From positions 373,749-437,748 of the forward strand of contig NW_008246085.1 of NCBI RefSeq assembly GCF_000281045.1: a stretch of DNA of 64,000 nucleotides. Reading direction: 5' to 3'. Made by a program: the position numbers and the translations under genes. The notes beneath the pieces were generated by a model, which saw only the letters and a program-made list of their open reading frames with translations, did not search any database and was not told where the DNA came from. The stretch is from Saprolegnia diclina VS20. Taxonomy: Eukaryota. Position 1 is the first letter of the stretch. Every line of letters begins with the position of its first letter. This document shows positions 46,056 to 59,269 of this stretch, in pieces.

Positions 46056-48194
46056 ATGGCAGCAGCATGCGCCTGTCCCCGCGTGGCGCAGCTGGAAGAG
46101 GAGGTCGCTTCGCTGCAAAGCCAGCTGCTGCGCTACCGACGCAAGTACGGCAACCTCGACGTGCTCGAGACGCGCCGGTCGGTACGCGAGACGGAGACGC
46201 CGCCGACGCCGACGCTAGCCTTTGACGCTGGCAGCGGTGCGACCCTCGTCTCGTCCTCTGTCGGGAAGCACGTCGTGCTCGACTACGTTGCCGACTCGCC
46301 CATGTTTCGAAAGAATCTCGAAGGCCTCGATGAGAGCATGGGCGGTCTCCGCAGCTTCATGAAGGAACTCCTCAGCCGGGCCAAGGACTTTGTCACGTCC
46401 GGGACCCAGTGGGGCGAGGCAGAGACCAACCTGGCTAGCATCTACTCGGCCAAGTACTCTCGGACGCTCTTCACGTCCTGCTACGCTGAGCTTGGCGACC
46501 TCTCGACGATCCTCAACGACTTTCACGATACTCTGGCGCAGATCCAGAGCTCGCGCCACAGCTTCCTCCTCAGCGTCGACGCCCTTCTCCATGGCCCTGT
46601 CGAGCAATTCTGCGACGCAGAGCTCAAGCAAGCGGCCGACCTTCGGCGGGACGTGGCCAAGGCCGGCGAAGAGTACGAAGCGCTTCTTGGCAAGTCGCTG
46701 AGCTCGACGAAACAGGCGCCGTCCTTCTCCACGCGCAGCGCGTCGTTTTCGCTCACGTCAGCGCCCGACTTGAACGACGAGAGCACTAGCAACGAGAGTG
46801 GCGACTCGGAGAAGGCAAGAGAGCTCATGCAAGCGCGCTGCAAGTTCGAGCTCGCGCGCTTCGACTGCGTCCGGTACTTCAACCTTCTCGACGCCAAAAA
46901 GAAGTTTGTCCTTGTCGAAGCCTTCAACTCGACGTTATACTCGTACCTCGGGCACTTTCACGCGTGCCACGAGCTCGTCAAGAGCATCGAGCCAGCGCTT
47001 CGGTCGCGCCAGGCGTCGCTGCAGTTTGCGCGCGACCAGTTCGAGAAGGACGACATGATGTGGGCCAGCCAGCGCGCGCTGCTCGCAGACCGGCTCTCGT
47101 CCGCGTACCCGGCGTCGCTGCCCGTCGAGATCTTATCGGTCGAGACCGCGGCGGGCCGGCGACTCACCAAGACCGAGAAGCAAGGCTTTTTGATTGTGCG
47201 CAGCGGGATGTTTCCATCGAAAAGCTGGAAGCGCGTGTGGTTTCAGATCCACCAAGGCAAGCTCTACTCGATCAAGAACCCAAGAGACATGGAGCTCAGC
47301 CTCGTCTCGGACCTCATGGTGTCCAAGGTCCGGCCGTGCGCGAGAGGCCTCCCGTTTAGCTTTGAAGTGCTCGACAACAACCAGACCAAGACGATTCTCC
47401 AAGCAACGAGCGAGGCCGATATGCAGTCGTGGATCGATGCGGCGCAAGAGAGCACCGAGAGCATGCTCGGGCTGCAAGCCCATCGGAGCGAAGTCGACCC
47501 TGCCCAACCGCGCCTCGTACGCGAGCTCATGGACGCCAACGGCCAGTGCGCCGACTGCGGCACGAGCCCGAGCGAGTGGGTGTCCATCAACATTGGCGCG
47601 TTCCTCTGCATCGAGTGCTCGGGCATCCACCGCAGCCTCGGCGTCCACGTCTCGAAGGTTCGGTCGCTCATCCTCGACTCGTGGGACGTGGCCGTCCTCG
47701 AGTTACTGCGGACGCACCTCGGCAACTCGGTTGTCAATAGCATCTGGTCTGCAGAGTCGACTCGCTTGCCCAGTGCCTCATACTAAAGGATTAGGGAGGC
47801 CGCGATTGCGCCGGGGTGGGTCAAGCCGACGCCACAAGCGCCGCGGAATGAAAAGGAAAAGTGGATCAAGGCCAAGTACGAGTTTCGCGGGTTCCGAGAC
47901 CACGTCACTGTGACCCCATCGGACTTGCTCGCGGCGGCGGCCGCGGGGGACGTGCGCCGACTCATGCGCTGTCTCGCGCACGGCATCGACATCAACGAGG
48001 TGACGCGGTCGTCGAACGAAACCGCGCTGCATCTCAGCGCCAAGGCCGGGCACGTGCTCTGCTGCGAGTACCTTCTGCAGAACGGCGCGTCCCAAACCCT
48101 CGTGGATAACGACGGCCGGCTACCGTCGGACGCGGCCAAGCTCGCGGGGCACGAACAGATCAAGCTGCATCTTTTGCAACGTCTGCGCGAGTAG
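46056..48194 (+). CDS. ACAP/centaurin-beta-type ArfGAP (BAR-PH-ArfGAP-ankyrin)
   Basis: DSPMFR BAR start; PH domain (KQGFL...WKRVWF...LQATSEADMQSWI); ArfGAP CADC...WVSINIGAFLCIECSGIHRSLGVHVSKVRSL; intron ~47747-47794; WIKAKY; ANK repeats (TALHLSA). Confidence 0.93.
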
Positions 48195-48222
48195 TAGATG
48201 TTGTAGTCGATTAAAGTTGCGG

Positions 48223-51200
48223 CTACACTGGGCTGCTGGGGTTGAAGCGAGCTTGTAGGAAGACCTTGACGCAGGTATTTTCAAACTCGGTGTAGTCGCC
48301 GACGCCAATAAAGTGCGCCATCGCTTGGCTGTGCAGCTCAATCGCCAGCGTCATCGCCGCCGGCTTCTCGAGTACGTTGCAGTACACGAGCTAGCGCGCC
48401 GTAGAGATCGCAGACAAAAGTATAGTCCAAACGTACATCGAATGCCTGCTGTCGGTGTTGCTCGGCTTCAAACGCGGTCAGAAGTGAGTCGAGATGGGCG
48501 CTAGAGCAGAACATTCGGGTCCATTTGCTGCCGATTTTCGCTTGGTACCGAGTAAAATAGAGGCGGTGGTGGTCGTTCGTCTCGTCTTCGTGGCCTGGAC
48601 GCAGGTCCTCGTCGTTGCGTGGGCTACGGAAGCACCGTCTATTGAATACTCGAGGCGTAGTCATTTGTCCCACCCGCAGGCAACCGCCAGAATGCGCTTT
48701 TGGCGATCGGGGCTGTCCCGCGCGAGATGCAGTTGCTACTCGATCGACACGGATGAGATGCGACTGCAGAGACACGATTTGCATGAACTTGCCTCGCACA
48801 GGAGCTGAAAGGCATCGTCGGAGGCGGGCGCCGCCAGACCGTGGAACATCATGGCCGAGAAGATCAGTTTGCCCTAATAGCGTGCCACGTATGTACTGGC
48901 TATTTGTATGTAAATACCTGCGCCGGCAGCATCGCGTTGGGTCGAAGTACGTACGTCTTGTCGTTCAGCGTCGTGTTGGTCCACACATAGTCGTGGGGCT
49001 CGGCGACCGAGAGGCGGCGGAGGAGCTCGGCGCGAAAGAAATCGTCAAACTGCGAGAGATCGAGCTTGCACAGCTCGAGGGACATGCTCTGCACGTAGTG
49101 CGCGGGCCGGAGCACGAGGAAATCAAAGCTCAAAACGCCTTTGCGCGGAAACTCGTACTCGGCCGTCGCCGACTCGGCCATGCGGAACGGGTACCCGTCG
49201 ATCTCTTCGTTCCACCAGCACTCGCCAATGGACTCGAAGCTCCGGACGCGGAGCTCTTGGGCCTACGCAGCGTTCGACGCCAAGTTGGATGTTGCATAAA
49301 TGTAGTACAATGTGCCGGTCGTGGGTGTTGGCGAGGTCGAGACGGTAGTGCTTGGCGTGCACCTGGTGCGGCTCGGGCGTGTAAAAGTCAAACTCGAGCT
49401 GCCCGACCGTGGGGACGCGCCACTTCCACTTGCCTCGGAGCGCAAAAGCCGGCTTTTCCCACTCGCTCAGCGCGGTCGGTTCGCCGTCCAGCGTCATGTT
49501 GTGCCACGCGTCGCTGCGATCCGAGAGCGCTTGGTGGCTCCGCTCGACACGCTCGAGCAGCTTCCACGCAATCGCGCGGTCCGTCGACTGGCTCAAGTCG
49601 AGTCTATCACGGCGGTCTCCGCATCAGCAGCGCACAACATGCACTGCGTGTACGAGTAGTGCTTTTCGCAAAAGAGGCGCGTGCTCACATAGTCGAGCTC
49701 GAGGATGCCTGTCGGGTGCGCTTCGAGCCATTGCGGCCCCGTCGTGTCTTCTCGAAACTCAAACGGAACGCTATTTAGCGTCTCGTGGCGCCAGTTTTCC
49801 CCTAGTCACGACCTTTGCACTCCAGAAGCATTGGACGGAGCGTCTTTGCCTCGCTCGGCGCTGGCGCGTTGCATGAGGATTTGCACCATGGCCCGGTCGT
49901 GGGCGTTGGCGAGGTCGAGGCGGAAGTGCACCGTCTCGGACCGAGGCGGTTTCGGGTTGAGCACAAAGTCGAGCTGCAGTGCGATCGACGTTGTCGCCGT
50001 CGCAGCGATGCGCTCGAGGCGCCGGAGGTTCTCGGTCGGCGCGCCGTTGATCGACATGTTATGAAAGCTGCCGACGCCGTTCGCCGCACGCACGCGCAAG
50101 AGCTCGAAAACCGCGCGGTCTGCGGGCTCTCGGAGCGTCAAGTGGTAGCACCTAATCGCCCCAAATATTAGACTATCAGTGTTTCAAATAAGAAACAAAA
50201 AGTGCACCCCGCGGGGCTGACGACGTTGAACAGCGGCGGGCCGTTAGTCGCCTCAAAGACCATGTTGTGCAGACTGAGCGTGAGCGGGTGGAGTTTGGAG
50301 CGGTGCCGCGTCGCGCGGAGGAGCACACGCATGCCGTCATCATCAATTGCGTTTTGGTCGAGCGTCAAGTGCGATAGCCCGTGGTTGAACTGCAGCGCGT
50401 CGCCCATGAGGTAGACAGACACGGCCGAGAGCTGGCCGCTTGCCAGGTCCACGATGCGGAGAGTCTGGTTGCGCAAGAGAACCGTCGCCATGATGCATCC
50501 GGTGCTGTGCCCGAGGCGATTCCAGCTCAAGTTAAAGCTCTCCAGACAACGGTTGGCACTCAGCGCTTGCACGAGGCTACTCGCGCCCATCGGTGTCATG
50601 GCATTCCACGCCACATTGAGTGTCTACGACCCAAACGACACTGTGTCCACTGTTCGCAAATACCAAGGTACCTTGAGCTTACTGCCGTGGCTCAGCGCGA
50701 CCGCGATCGCCTTGGCACTCGGATCCCGCAGCTGGTTCTCGCTTACGTTGAGCGACGTGAGCGTCGGTGTCATGGACAAGAAGACGCCGAGCGGCTCATC
50801 CACGTGCCGATCGTGGATCTCGTTGCCGCTGAGGTCGAGGTCCGTCAGCGGCACTTGGCTCACCGTCAGCGCGTGCAAGAGGCGGCTTGCCGTTTGCGTG
50901 CCAATGCGGTTCTTGGCGAGCGCGAGGCGCGACAGGCGGGGGCACCTGTGCAGCTCGAGGAGGGAGCACACGTGGTTGCCGCCGGCCGCCAAGATAAAGT
51001 TGTTAGAGACGTCGAGCACTTCCAAGCCCGCGTTGAGGTGCAGCGCCGAGAGGAGCGCGATCGCGCCAAGCTTGCCAATGTGAAACTTGCGCAAGTCGAC
51101 AATCGAGGAGTCGACAAGCGCGAGCACCTTCTTGGACGGAAACACGTGCAGGTTGGCGCACTCGCGGAGGTAGACGTCGATCATGTCGCTGCGGTTCTGC

Positions 51201-52400
51201 GCCGAGGGTGTCATGGGCGGGAGGAACAAAAGCGCCGACGTCGCTAGGCTCATGTGACGCTGCTTGCTGGTGCTATGGTCGGGCAAGACGGCCGACGCTT
51301 TGCGCTCAGGCATCGGCGCCGCTTGAATGGCGTCCTGCTGTGTTTGAGCGTCGGGTGACGTCGTGCTGGGGGTGGTGATGGTCGCTGGGGTCTCGACCCC
51401 GTCCTCATGCGTCGTCTCGCGCTCGCGGTCGTTGGTGAGGAAGATGCTAAAGCTGTCGATTTGCTTGAGGAGTGCCATGACGCGGTTGCTCGTCGTCGAC
51501 GAGAAGACAGCTTTCTGCATGAGCTCCCGCATGTGGCCTTCTCGCCCATGGATCCTACGTCACCATAGCGTCTACTGCCTTATACTTTGACGCACCGTTC
51601 TTTGGTGTAGAGCTGGTAGAGCGATTCGACCGTCTCGACGGGAAAGGCCTTGGCGATACCCTACAGCACCTTGATTGCAACCGTCCACTTCCGACGACTT
51701 GGTACGCGTGCTTCGTAGACGTCGATGCCAAAGACGCTGCGCACTGTGTGCTCGGCCACCGGGAGCCCGACCCACTCCTCCTCGGACGGCTTGCTCGTCA
51801 GCGGCGTCGTCCAGATCGCCTTCATCTTGTAGTAGAGCGGCGGGAATTGACGCTCGACGGGCACAACCACCGGGGGCGGCGCCTGCTCTTTCGGGACTTC
51901 GACGGGCGCCAGCGGCTCGAGTGGCTTGGTCATCTCGGGGAGGAGCCCCGAAAGCGACGGCCGGCGCGTCATCGCTGCGGGTGGCACGTCGAGCTTCGAG
52001 TGCGACCGGCGAAAGCGCGGCTTCTCCAAGCTCTTGAGACGCGGCTTCGTGTCCGGGTCGACTTCCGGCGCGCTCTCGCGTCGGACGGCGTAGATGTCGT
52101 GGTACCGCACCGAGAGAAAGTTGGTGATCGTCTACATATGGATCGACCTCCACCGTCGGAAGGAACACGCACCTGCGCCTTGGCCTGCTCCTCGAGGTGC
52201 CTGCATATTGCATGAAACGCACGCGGTAGACAGGCAACGTACTGGAGATTCCCAAAGGACTGGTACCCACGTGACGTGGCGCGCTGCTGGAGGTCGTGGA
52301 GCATGCTCAGGATCGTCTCGCGCTTGAGAACCGGCGTCGGGGCCTCGTCCCGGCGCTTGGTCGTCCGCTTCGACTTGAGTCCTGGCAGCGTCACGGGCAT
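48223..52400 (-). CDS. RNI/NLRC3-like leucine-rich repeat protein with repeated C-terminal modules, multi-exon
   Basis: LRRs: LEVLDVSNNFI, LSRLALAKNRI, LTDLDLSGNEI, LTSLNVSENQL, LESFNLSWNRL, LSHLTLDQNAI. Downstream exons carry a repeated Y/F.LDL....DR motif. The last exon reads LVYCNVLEKP...RFNPSSPV* (stop 48223). Exon structure was only partly resolved. Confidence 0.75.
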
Positions 52401-52458
52401 CAACACACGCCACCAAGAAATTTGAAAGACTACGTTTCCAGTTTATATATATATCAAT

Positions 52459-55400
52459 CTACTTGCTCTCGGCCGCGGCGACGCACGCGACACAGCGCTT
52501 GTTGCTGACGCAGTCCGAGCAGCCGAGAATCCCGCAGACGCGGCAGTGGTGGCGCCGCACCAAAAAGTTGAACGGGTACGCACAGAGCATGCACGCGTCC
52601 GCGTCGGCATCGGGCACCAGATGTGGCGGGTGGCGCACATGTGGTCGCAACTACGACCACATTCAGAGGCTGCAGGAAGACCTGAGCGCGTACCTGATTG
52701 GCGAGCTCCGAGGTGACGACGCACTCGTAGTTGCCGTCGCGCAGCGTCATGCTTGCACCGCCCTTGACGAGCTCGATGCAGGCGTCGACCAGACCTGCGC
52801 ACGGTTTGTACGACTATCTGGGGAAGTCACGCACCTCGCTTGGCCGCAATGTGCAGAGGCATCTTGCGGTCGATCGCATAGACGTTGGGGTCGGCGCCAA
52901 ACGACACGAGGCGCTCGATAAGCGTGGCATCCCGCCGGTGCAGCGCACATACGTGCAGCGGCGTGCGTCCGAGCACGTTCTGCGCGTTCGGGTCGGCGCC
53001 CATGCAGAGGTAAAGCTCCAGCACATACGCGGCGGTCGGGCGAGGCGACATGGCCGCCAAGTGCAGCACCGTGTTGCCTTCCTTGTCTGGAAGGTTGACA
53101 TCGAGCTGCGGGTAAATGTCGGGGCGACAGAAGATGCTACACAAACTCCTCAGTAGTATGCGATGCATTGAGCGCTGCAGTGTACCCCGAGATCTCCATG
53201 TTGGCGAGCTTGGCTGCCACGTGGTACGGTGTCTCCTGCGCGGCAAAGTCGGCTAGCACAACGCTCGCCTTGTGCTGCAAGAGCAGGTCGACCATCTCCG
53301 CATTGCCCTACGCGCAAGGTACAAAAATCGTCGCTTGCATTAACAGTACTACCGTTTCGACCGCCACGTGCAGCAGCGTACGCCCGGCGGCGTCCTGCGC
53401 GTCGGGATCCTGCCCTTGCGCAAGGGCTTCGCTCAGCGTCGCCAACGACGCGGTGGTCCACGTCTGGTATGGCGTATGGTGCTCGAGCAGCGGCGAGGGG
53501 GGTCGGGATGTCTGGCCTGCTGGCAGTGCTGAGTGCTCTGTCCGTGGCGGGACTGCGACAGTGCTGTGGGCAGGCAACGGCATCTAGATTTATCATGAGC
53601 AAAAGTAGGTCGACGCAGGTCGCAACGCACCAAGTCCACATTCGTGGCGCCTTCCTGGGAGAGAAGATGGGTACCCTCGACAACTACATGCGGGAGAAGT
53701 GGTGCTGCAGCTGTGGCCTGCGGTGGTGCGGCCGTGGCGTGCGAGGCTTGGCCGATGCAAGCAGCGACAAAGTTGGTTGCAACGGTCGCCATCACTCGAT
53801 GCTGCGCATCGAGTTCCTTGACCACTGCACTCAGCGGCCGCCGAGGTACATATACGTGCGACTCCACCACGTCCCGGAGCAGCGACGTTTCTACTGGCGC
53901 CACGTCGCTGCGGCGATTGACCAAACGCTCACTTGGGGCCTCGCGGCGGCCGACGTCCGGGGCTGCGAGATGCTCCGTGCAAACAACAACCGTTCGTTCG
54001 CCTACAGCGTCGGTGGCTGGGAACGCGGTTGGCGAGATACGCATCGCCGATGGCGGTAGCGTGGCCTCTGGCGCAGTAGGGATCAAGACACTAGGGTGCT
54101 CGTCGGTTGGCGCCTTCTGATGTGTGTGCTCGAGCGTGTAAGGTGCGTTGATGGTTGTCGGTGGCACCACCACGACTGCTGCTTCTTGATGTGGTACCTC
54201 TACAGACACCGGCGAGACATTCGAACCCACGGGCTCGAGTTGATGGCCGCCATTTTGCATCGCTTGAACGAGCGCCTTCATTTCTTGCAGCTGGCGCTCC
54301 GCTTCGGCCGCGCGCCGCTTGGCGATGTCGGCCTCGTTCAGCGTCGCAACGAGTCGCTGACGCAGCTCGTTGCGTTCTTGAATCGTGTGCTGTAGCGACA
54401 TGGCGTCGGCCTTGCGTCTCTGCAGCGCTCGACAAGCCATCCGGACGCGCCATCGACACTGCACTCGCACCACGTCGCGGCGTGTGCAGCGGTACGTCTG
54501 CTGCGCGGCATGGCGGCGCCATTGGCGCTGAATACGGAGGCTGGCGCGTCGCTCCTTGCAGCACTGCCACGCGATTCGCTCCTGGCGTCCGCGGTACCAG
54601 GCTTGAAGATACAGTGCGAGGCGCCTAGCGCATCGTCATGAGATGGCGTACACTCTCCTCGTCCTTCTCTATGGTACCGTTGCGACCGCAGGCGGCGACA
54701 GACGCAACGCGCCAGAAACCCACGCGCGACGCGCTGGAGGGTGTGCACGCTGCGCTGCGCTGTCCAGAACCGACTGCGCTGGAGTGCCATGCGCGCAAAC
54801 GCCTGCACGCGAGTGGTGCTCGCCTTGAGGCGGCGGCCCACCGCCAGCTCCAAAAAGTCGTACGTCGACTGCCGCAGAAACACAAGCGTCTTGCCCTTCT
54901 CGAGGCCTAAGCGGTACAACGCCGAGGTCGAGGCTGACGCGTCCGCGTCACTTCGGTACGGCCATGTGGCTACCATCGTCGTCGTGAGCGTTTGTATCAG
55001 CGTATCAAGCGACAACGCGTTTTGGGCGGCGACCACGCGCCGGTACCGGTCAACGAATTGCGCGTGCTTCATGTGCACCGAGTAGCCAAGGCGGGCGATG
55101 CGCACAGCTTCGAGGACGCCGCCGTAGCGCAGCTGATCGGCCATGCGCTGGCGCTGAAAGAGCTCCTTCTTGTTGGCGTCGTTGGGCTTGAGACACCGAA
55201 TGTAGTGGGGTTGCGTCAACGCAATCATCTCGAGGAGCTGGTGCAGCTGCTTGCGAAACTGCGAGCCAAGGCCCATCGAGACGAGCGACGACTTGCGGCG
55301 AAGCGTCGGCAGATTCGCCGCGTTCTCGACGAGCACGTCGACAGGCCGGCAGAGGAGCGCAATGAACGCATTCGAGGACGACGAGAGGAGATCGAAGATC

Positions 55401-57272
55401 TCTTGGTGCGGCTTGTCGCGGTTCTTCTCGCAAAACCCACGCGCGTCGTAGCGCACGGCGCCGGCGTAGTGCTTGATGACAAACGCGAGCTCGACTTGGT
55501 CGCGCCGGGACGCGCTAAAGTGTCCATGGTTGCTGTAGATCTGGTACAGCTTGCGCGTGAGGCCCGCGTCCGAGCCTTTTGGGATGTTGCACTCTTCGTC
55601 GAGGAGCGCGAGGACACCGGTGGGTCGGGCCTCGAGGATGTCGAGGCAGCCGTCGTTGAGCGGGACCGTCAAGGTCGCCCACGGAATGCCCTCGGCCATG
55701 TACCGTTTTTGCTCTTGCGTCAAGACAAAGTCGATAAAGTGGTGCTGGAGGCGTTCGTTGGCGTAGTTGATGCACAGCTGCTCAAAGCTGTTGACGTCGA
55801 ATGACTCGAAGCCAAAGATGTCGAGCACGCCAATGAAGCGGTCGGTTGCCGCAAACTCGCGGCCGCCAATGCAAGTGTTGACTTTGGCCACGATCCAGTC
55901 AAAGAGGTACCCATAGATTGAGCGCGCCATCGCATCGCGCGCTTCTTCGGCTTGCGCGACTGTCAACTGCACGACGTACCACTCGTCCTTGGCCTTGATT
56001 TGCCGCTTTGTGAGCGCACTCCGAAGCCGGTCCGGCTCCACTGCGAGGAGCGACGAGACGTAGTGGAGCTCCTGGAACGAAGCGACGTCCGACATGGTGG
56101 CATCGGACCCTCCGCTGCCGCCGCCCGGCTGGAGCCCAAACACCATGTTGCCCAGGTGCAAGAGACTCGCAACAATCTCCAAGATTGACGCCTACGCAAC
56201 GTCAGATGCAGCTCCAGTCGAGAGGCGGCGACCTTCTCGTGCTCTTCAAAGCCCACGATCGCCATGGCGCGCATGGTCTTTTGAAACTCGTCCTCGTCGC
56301 GCACGTTGTCCTGGCGCACGTAGCAGCCGCTGCCGCCGAGGTACGCATAGGCCGTAACCGGCGCTTCCAAGTGCAGGCTCGCGCGCAGCAGCCTACATAC
56401 GAGCACGATAGACACGGGAAGGTTGACGGTGCCACGTACGGATTGGCAGCTGCCGCGGCGAGGAGCTCGTAAAAGATGTGAAAGTTGCGCTCGCCGTGGG
56501 CCTGGTGCACCAAGCGGACCTTCTCGAGCAAGTACGTCTCGATCGTGGTGCCAATGAGGCGCAGCGTGTCGTGCTTCTGTGGTGCGAACCAGATCTTGAC
56601 AAACTTGCCAAACCGGCTCGAGTTGTCGTTGCGCAGCGTCCGCGCGTTCCCAAACGACTCCAATATCGGGTTGGACTGCAAGACCTGATCGGCAATGCTG
56701 TTGTGACTGCTACTGGCGTCGACCTTGCTCACGACCGCGAGGTACTGCATGATGAACTTGGTCGACTCGGTCTTCCCAGACCCGCTCTCGCCGCTTACCA
56801 AGACGGTCTGGTTCATGTGCGTGTTCGTCGCCGGGTTCGTCGTATGCAGCGCCTGGTAGGTGTCGTGGGCGGTCGTGAAGACATGCGGCACCTTGTGCAT
56901 GCTCGCGTGGAGCGTCGCACGGTACGCGTCCACATCGTAGAGGCGCGGAATCGTCTTGAACGGGTTCACCGCCAGCAGCATCTCGCCCGTGTGGCAGTAG
57001 ACCTTGTCGACCATGAAGCGCTCCTCGAGACAGTGCACCATCGACGGCTCGTTCAAGTGCGTGAGCATGCCGAGGTCCTCGAGGTCGACCGACGACGATG
57101 CGTTCCCGCGGCAAACGTCCATGTCCCGCTCGAGCTGGAGCAGCGGAAGCACGCTTCCGTCGTCCAGTCGCACCATGTCCCCGGACGTGACTCCGCGGGT
57201 CCATGCGTACGCGTTCGCTTCGGTCGCGCTTCGTGGTCGACTCCAAACAACCCCGTTCTCGGTCTCGCCCAT
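52459..57272 (-). CDS. Myosin heavy chain with IQ motifs, coiled coil, ankyrin repeats and C-terminal FYVE domain
   Basis: Motor: LTHLNEPS, LLAVNPFK, GESGSGKTE, NDNSSRFGK, DIFGFE, NSFEQLCINYANE, PHYIRCLKPN, LRYGGVLEAVRI. About 5 IQ motifs. In-frame short introns link it to ANK repeats (GRTLLHVA, GNTVLHLA, GRTPLHVC) and a FYVE domain (CMLC..RRHHCRVC..CSDC..CVAC). Confidence 0.9.
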
Positions 57273-59269
57273 GAAGCCGCCACCGAAGAAGTCTAAACCT
57301 TGAAGTTGGTCCAATTTCTTCCAACTTCGATGGTCGCCGCTACATACAAACGACAAGTGTCCAAGTCGAAGTTCGAAGCCAAACTCGGTCAACGGGAAAG
57401 TCGGGCAAGGTCCGTTGAAGCCACGTCGTCGTCGGGTAGCATGGGCGACGACGCAAGAACAAGCGGCTTGCCTCGACCACCTACAGCAGCGCTCCTCATG
57501 TTTGGGCTATGCAGGAGCGCGCTCCTACAAGCAGTGAGCTGTGCAGGAGCTACGTGCGTAGTCTCGAGGTAACGTTAACAGAATATTCATTGATACACGT
57601 TACGCCCTTCTTGACGCCAGATGGACGACAGGCCATCGAGGATCAACACCACCAGCTATAATGGCATGATCTGCGAAATGGACCAAGCGACCAGGCCATG
57701 GCGTGGACCGTAGCGTGAAGCACTTGCTAGAGTGATGCAGCCGCGCACCAGAGAACCGTGACCATGGAAGAATCGAATCTGCAACGTCGCACTGCCTCCG
57801 ATAGTACAACAAGAAGCCACGCCTTCGCCCACGTTGGACCACCGGAACCAGGGAAAATCAACTACACTCTCCCCTGACCGAGGCGTTCTGGCCATTCTGG
57901 TGCCCAACACGACGTCGCTGCGCTGAGTTCCTAGTCTTCTAAATGCGTCCTTAGGTCGATCCTCGCTGAATATCATGCATCGTGGCAAATCTGCGACTCA
58001 AGTGAACCGAGAGATGGTGCCACGCTGACTGGACCAACATCGCCCAGCCACCGCGACCGCGCCCCATTCCTGCGTAGCGAGGACGGCTACTGTGTGTAGC
58101 GTGCCAAGTAGCAAGCGTGTTGTTCCGCACCCAAGTCGAATGTCGCTGGTCGAATGCCCAAGCACGTGCGTGCTGGTTCAACTCCTCGCAGAACCTCGGG
58201 GTTGCAGCCAGTACGTTGCTCGTAGTACGCTGTTTTTACTCTTGACGTTCTCGAAAAGCCCGACGAGTAGCTTGCCGATCGACGTCACTTCGTCAATGTC
58301 GATGCGTCGACGCTATCTCCTCTGTCCTCACGCAGCTTCCTCGCGCAGCTTGTCCTCGGCGCCGAAAGAACCGAAATCGATCCCGATCATCGTCGTGAAT
58401 CCATCAACCAGTATCTTTTCGCAGGAGCAGGGCGCGCTGTCTTCAACCACACCACGCCCTTCAAGCTTTGGCGCGACCGAGTCAGAACGTTCGATGCCAT
58501 TACACCTGATTGGTGCGAGTCGCACAGTCGTCACCGTCGCCAAGACTGGCCTCATGGCTGCGGCCCACCCTGTCGCTACGGCCCCTTCTTCAAGCGCCGC
58601 TTCCGGTGTATGAGCTCGTGAGCCTGAGCTCGTGTACCTTGCGCCTCGGCCTCCCGGCATCGCAGCCGGTATCCCACCTGCTTTGGTATCAACTTGGCCG
58701 CAGAATGTAGGTCCACGAGCTCAGCGAGTACCGCACTCAGCGCAAGCGTGAGTCGGTCGCTCTGGCGAGATCGATCCAGTGCTTCTGTAGTGTGAGTCGC
58801 GATACCAATGGACGCGTAGGGGCGCGGGCGACGCCCCTTGCCCCGGTCGCGGCCGGCCGATTCCGTCGATCGCGGCGCGCCACGATCCTAGTACACGGTA
58901 CGCGCTGGCTCGGTTTCGCCCGCAGAAGCGGCTATCACGGTCGGTCAACCAGAGACGAAGGAGTAGCTGCCGAGCCTGCTCCGTCCTACTTCAAGTTGCA
59001 CTTGGGCGCGCCGTGGAGGCCATCCAATCCGCCGAGGGTCGTCAGTCGTCTGAGCACACACGGCCGAAAAAGGTTGATGGATCGAATTAGGCATGTCTGC
59101 GCCTGCCCCCACGTATCTTTGCGCGTTCTCGCGTCCTAATTTCAGGCGATAAGCGGGTGTGAATTCGGACTTTTCAGCAGGATTCGGATGGTGCAACCGA
59201 ATTTCACACTTCGCAGCTGGACACGCCAGTGTTCAGCGTGCCCGAGGCTTGACACCACCCCATAGCAGC

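Noticed and set aside
57400..59200. ORFs in the myosin/kinesin divergent gap, including a short uORF-like frame 57499-57390
   Set aside because: No motif support; treated as promoter/UTR sequence.
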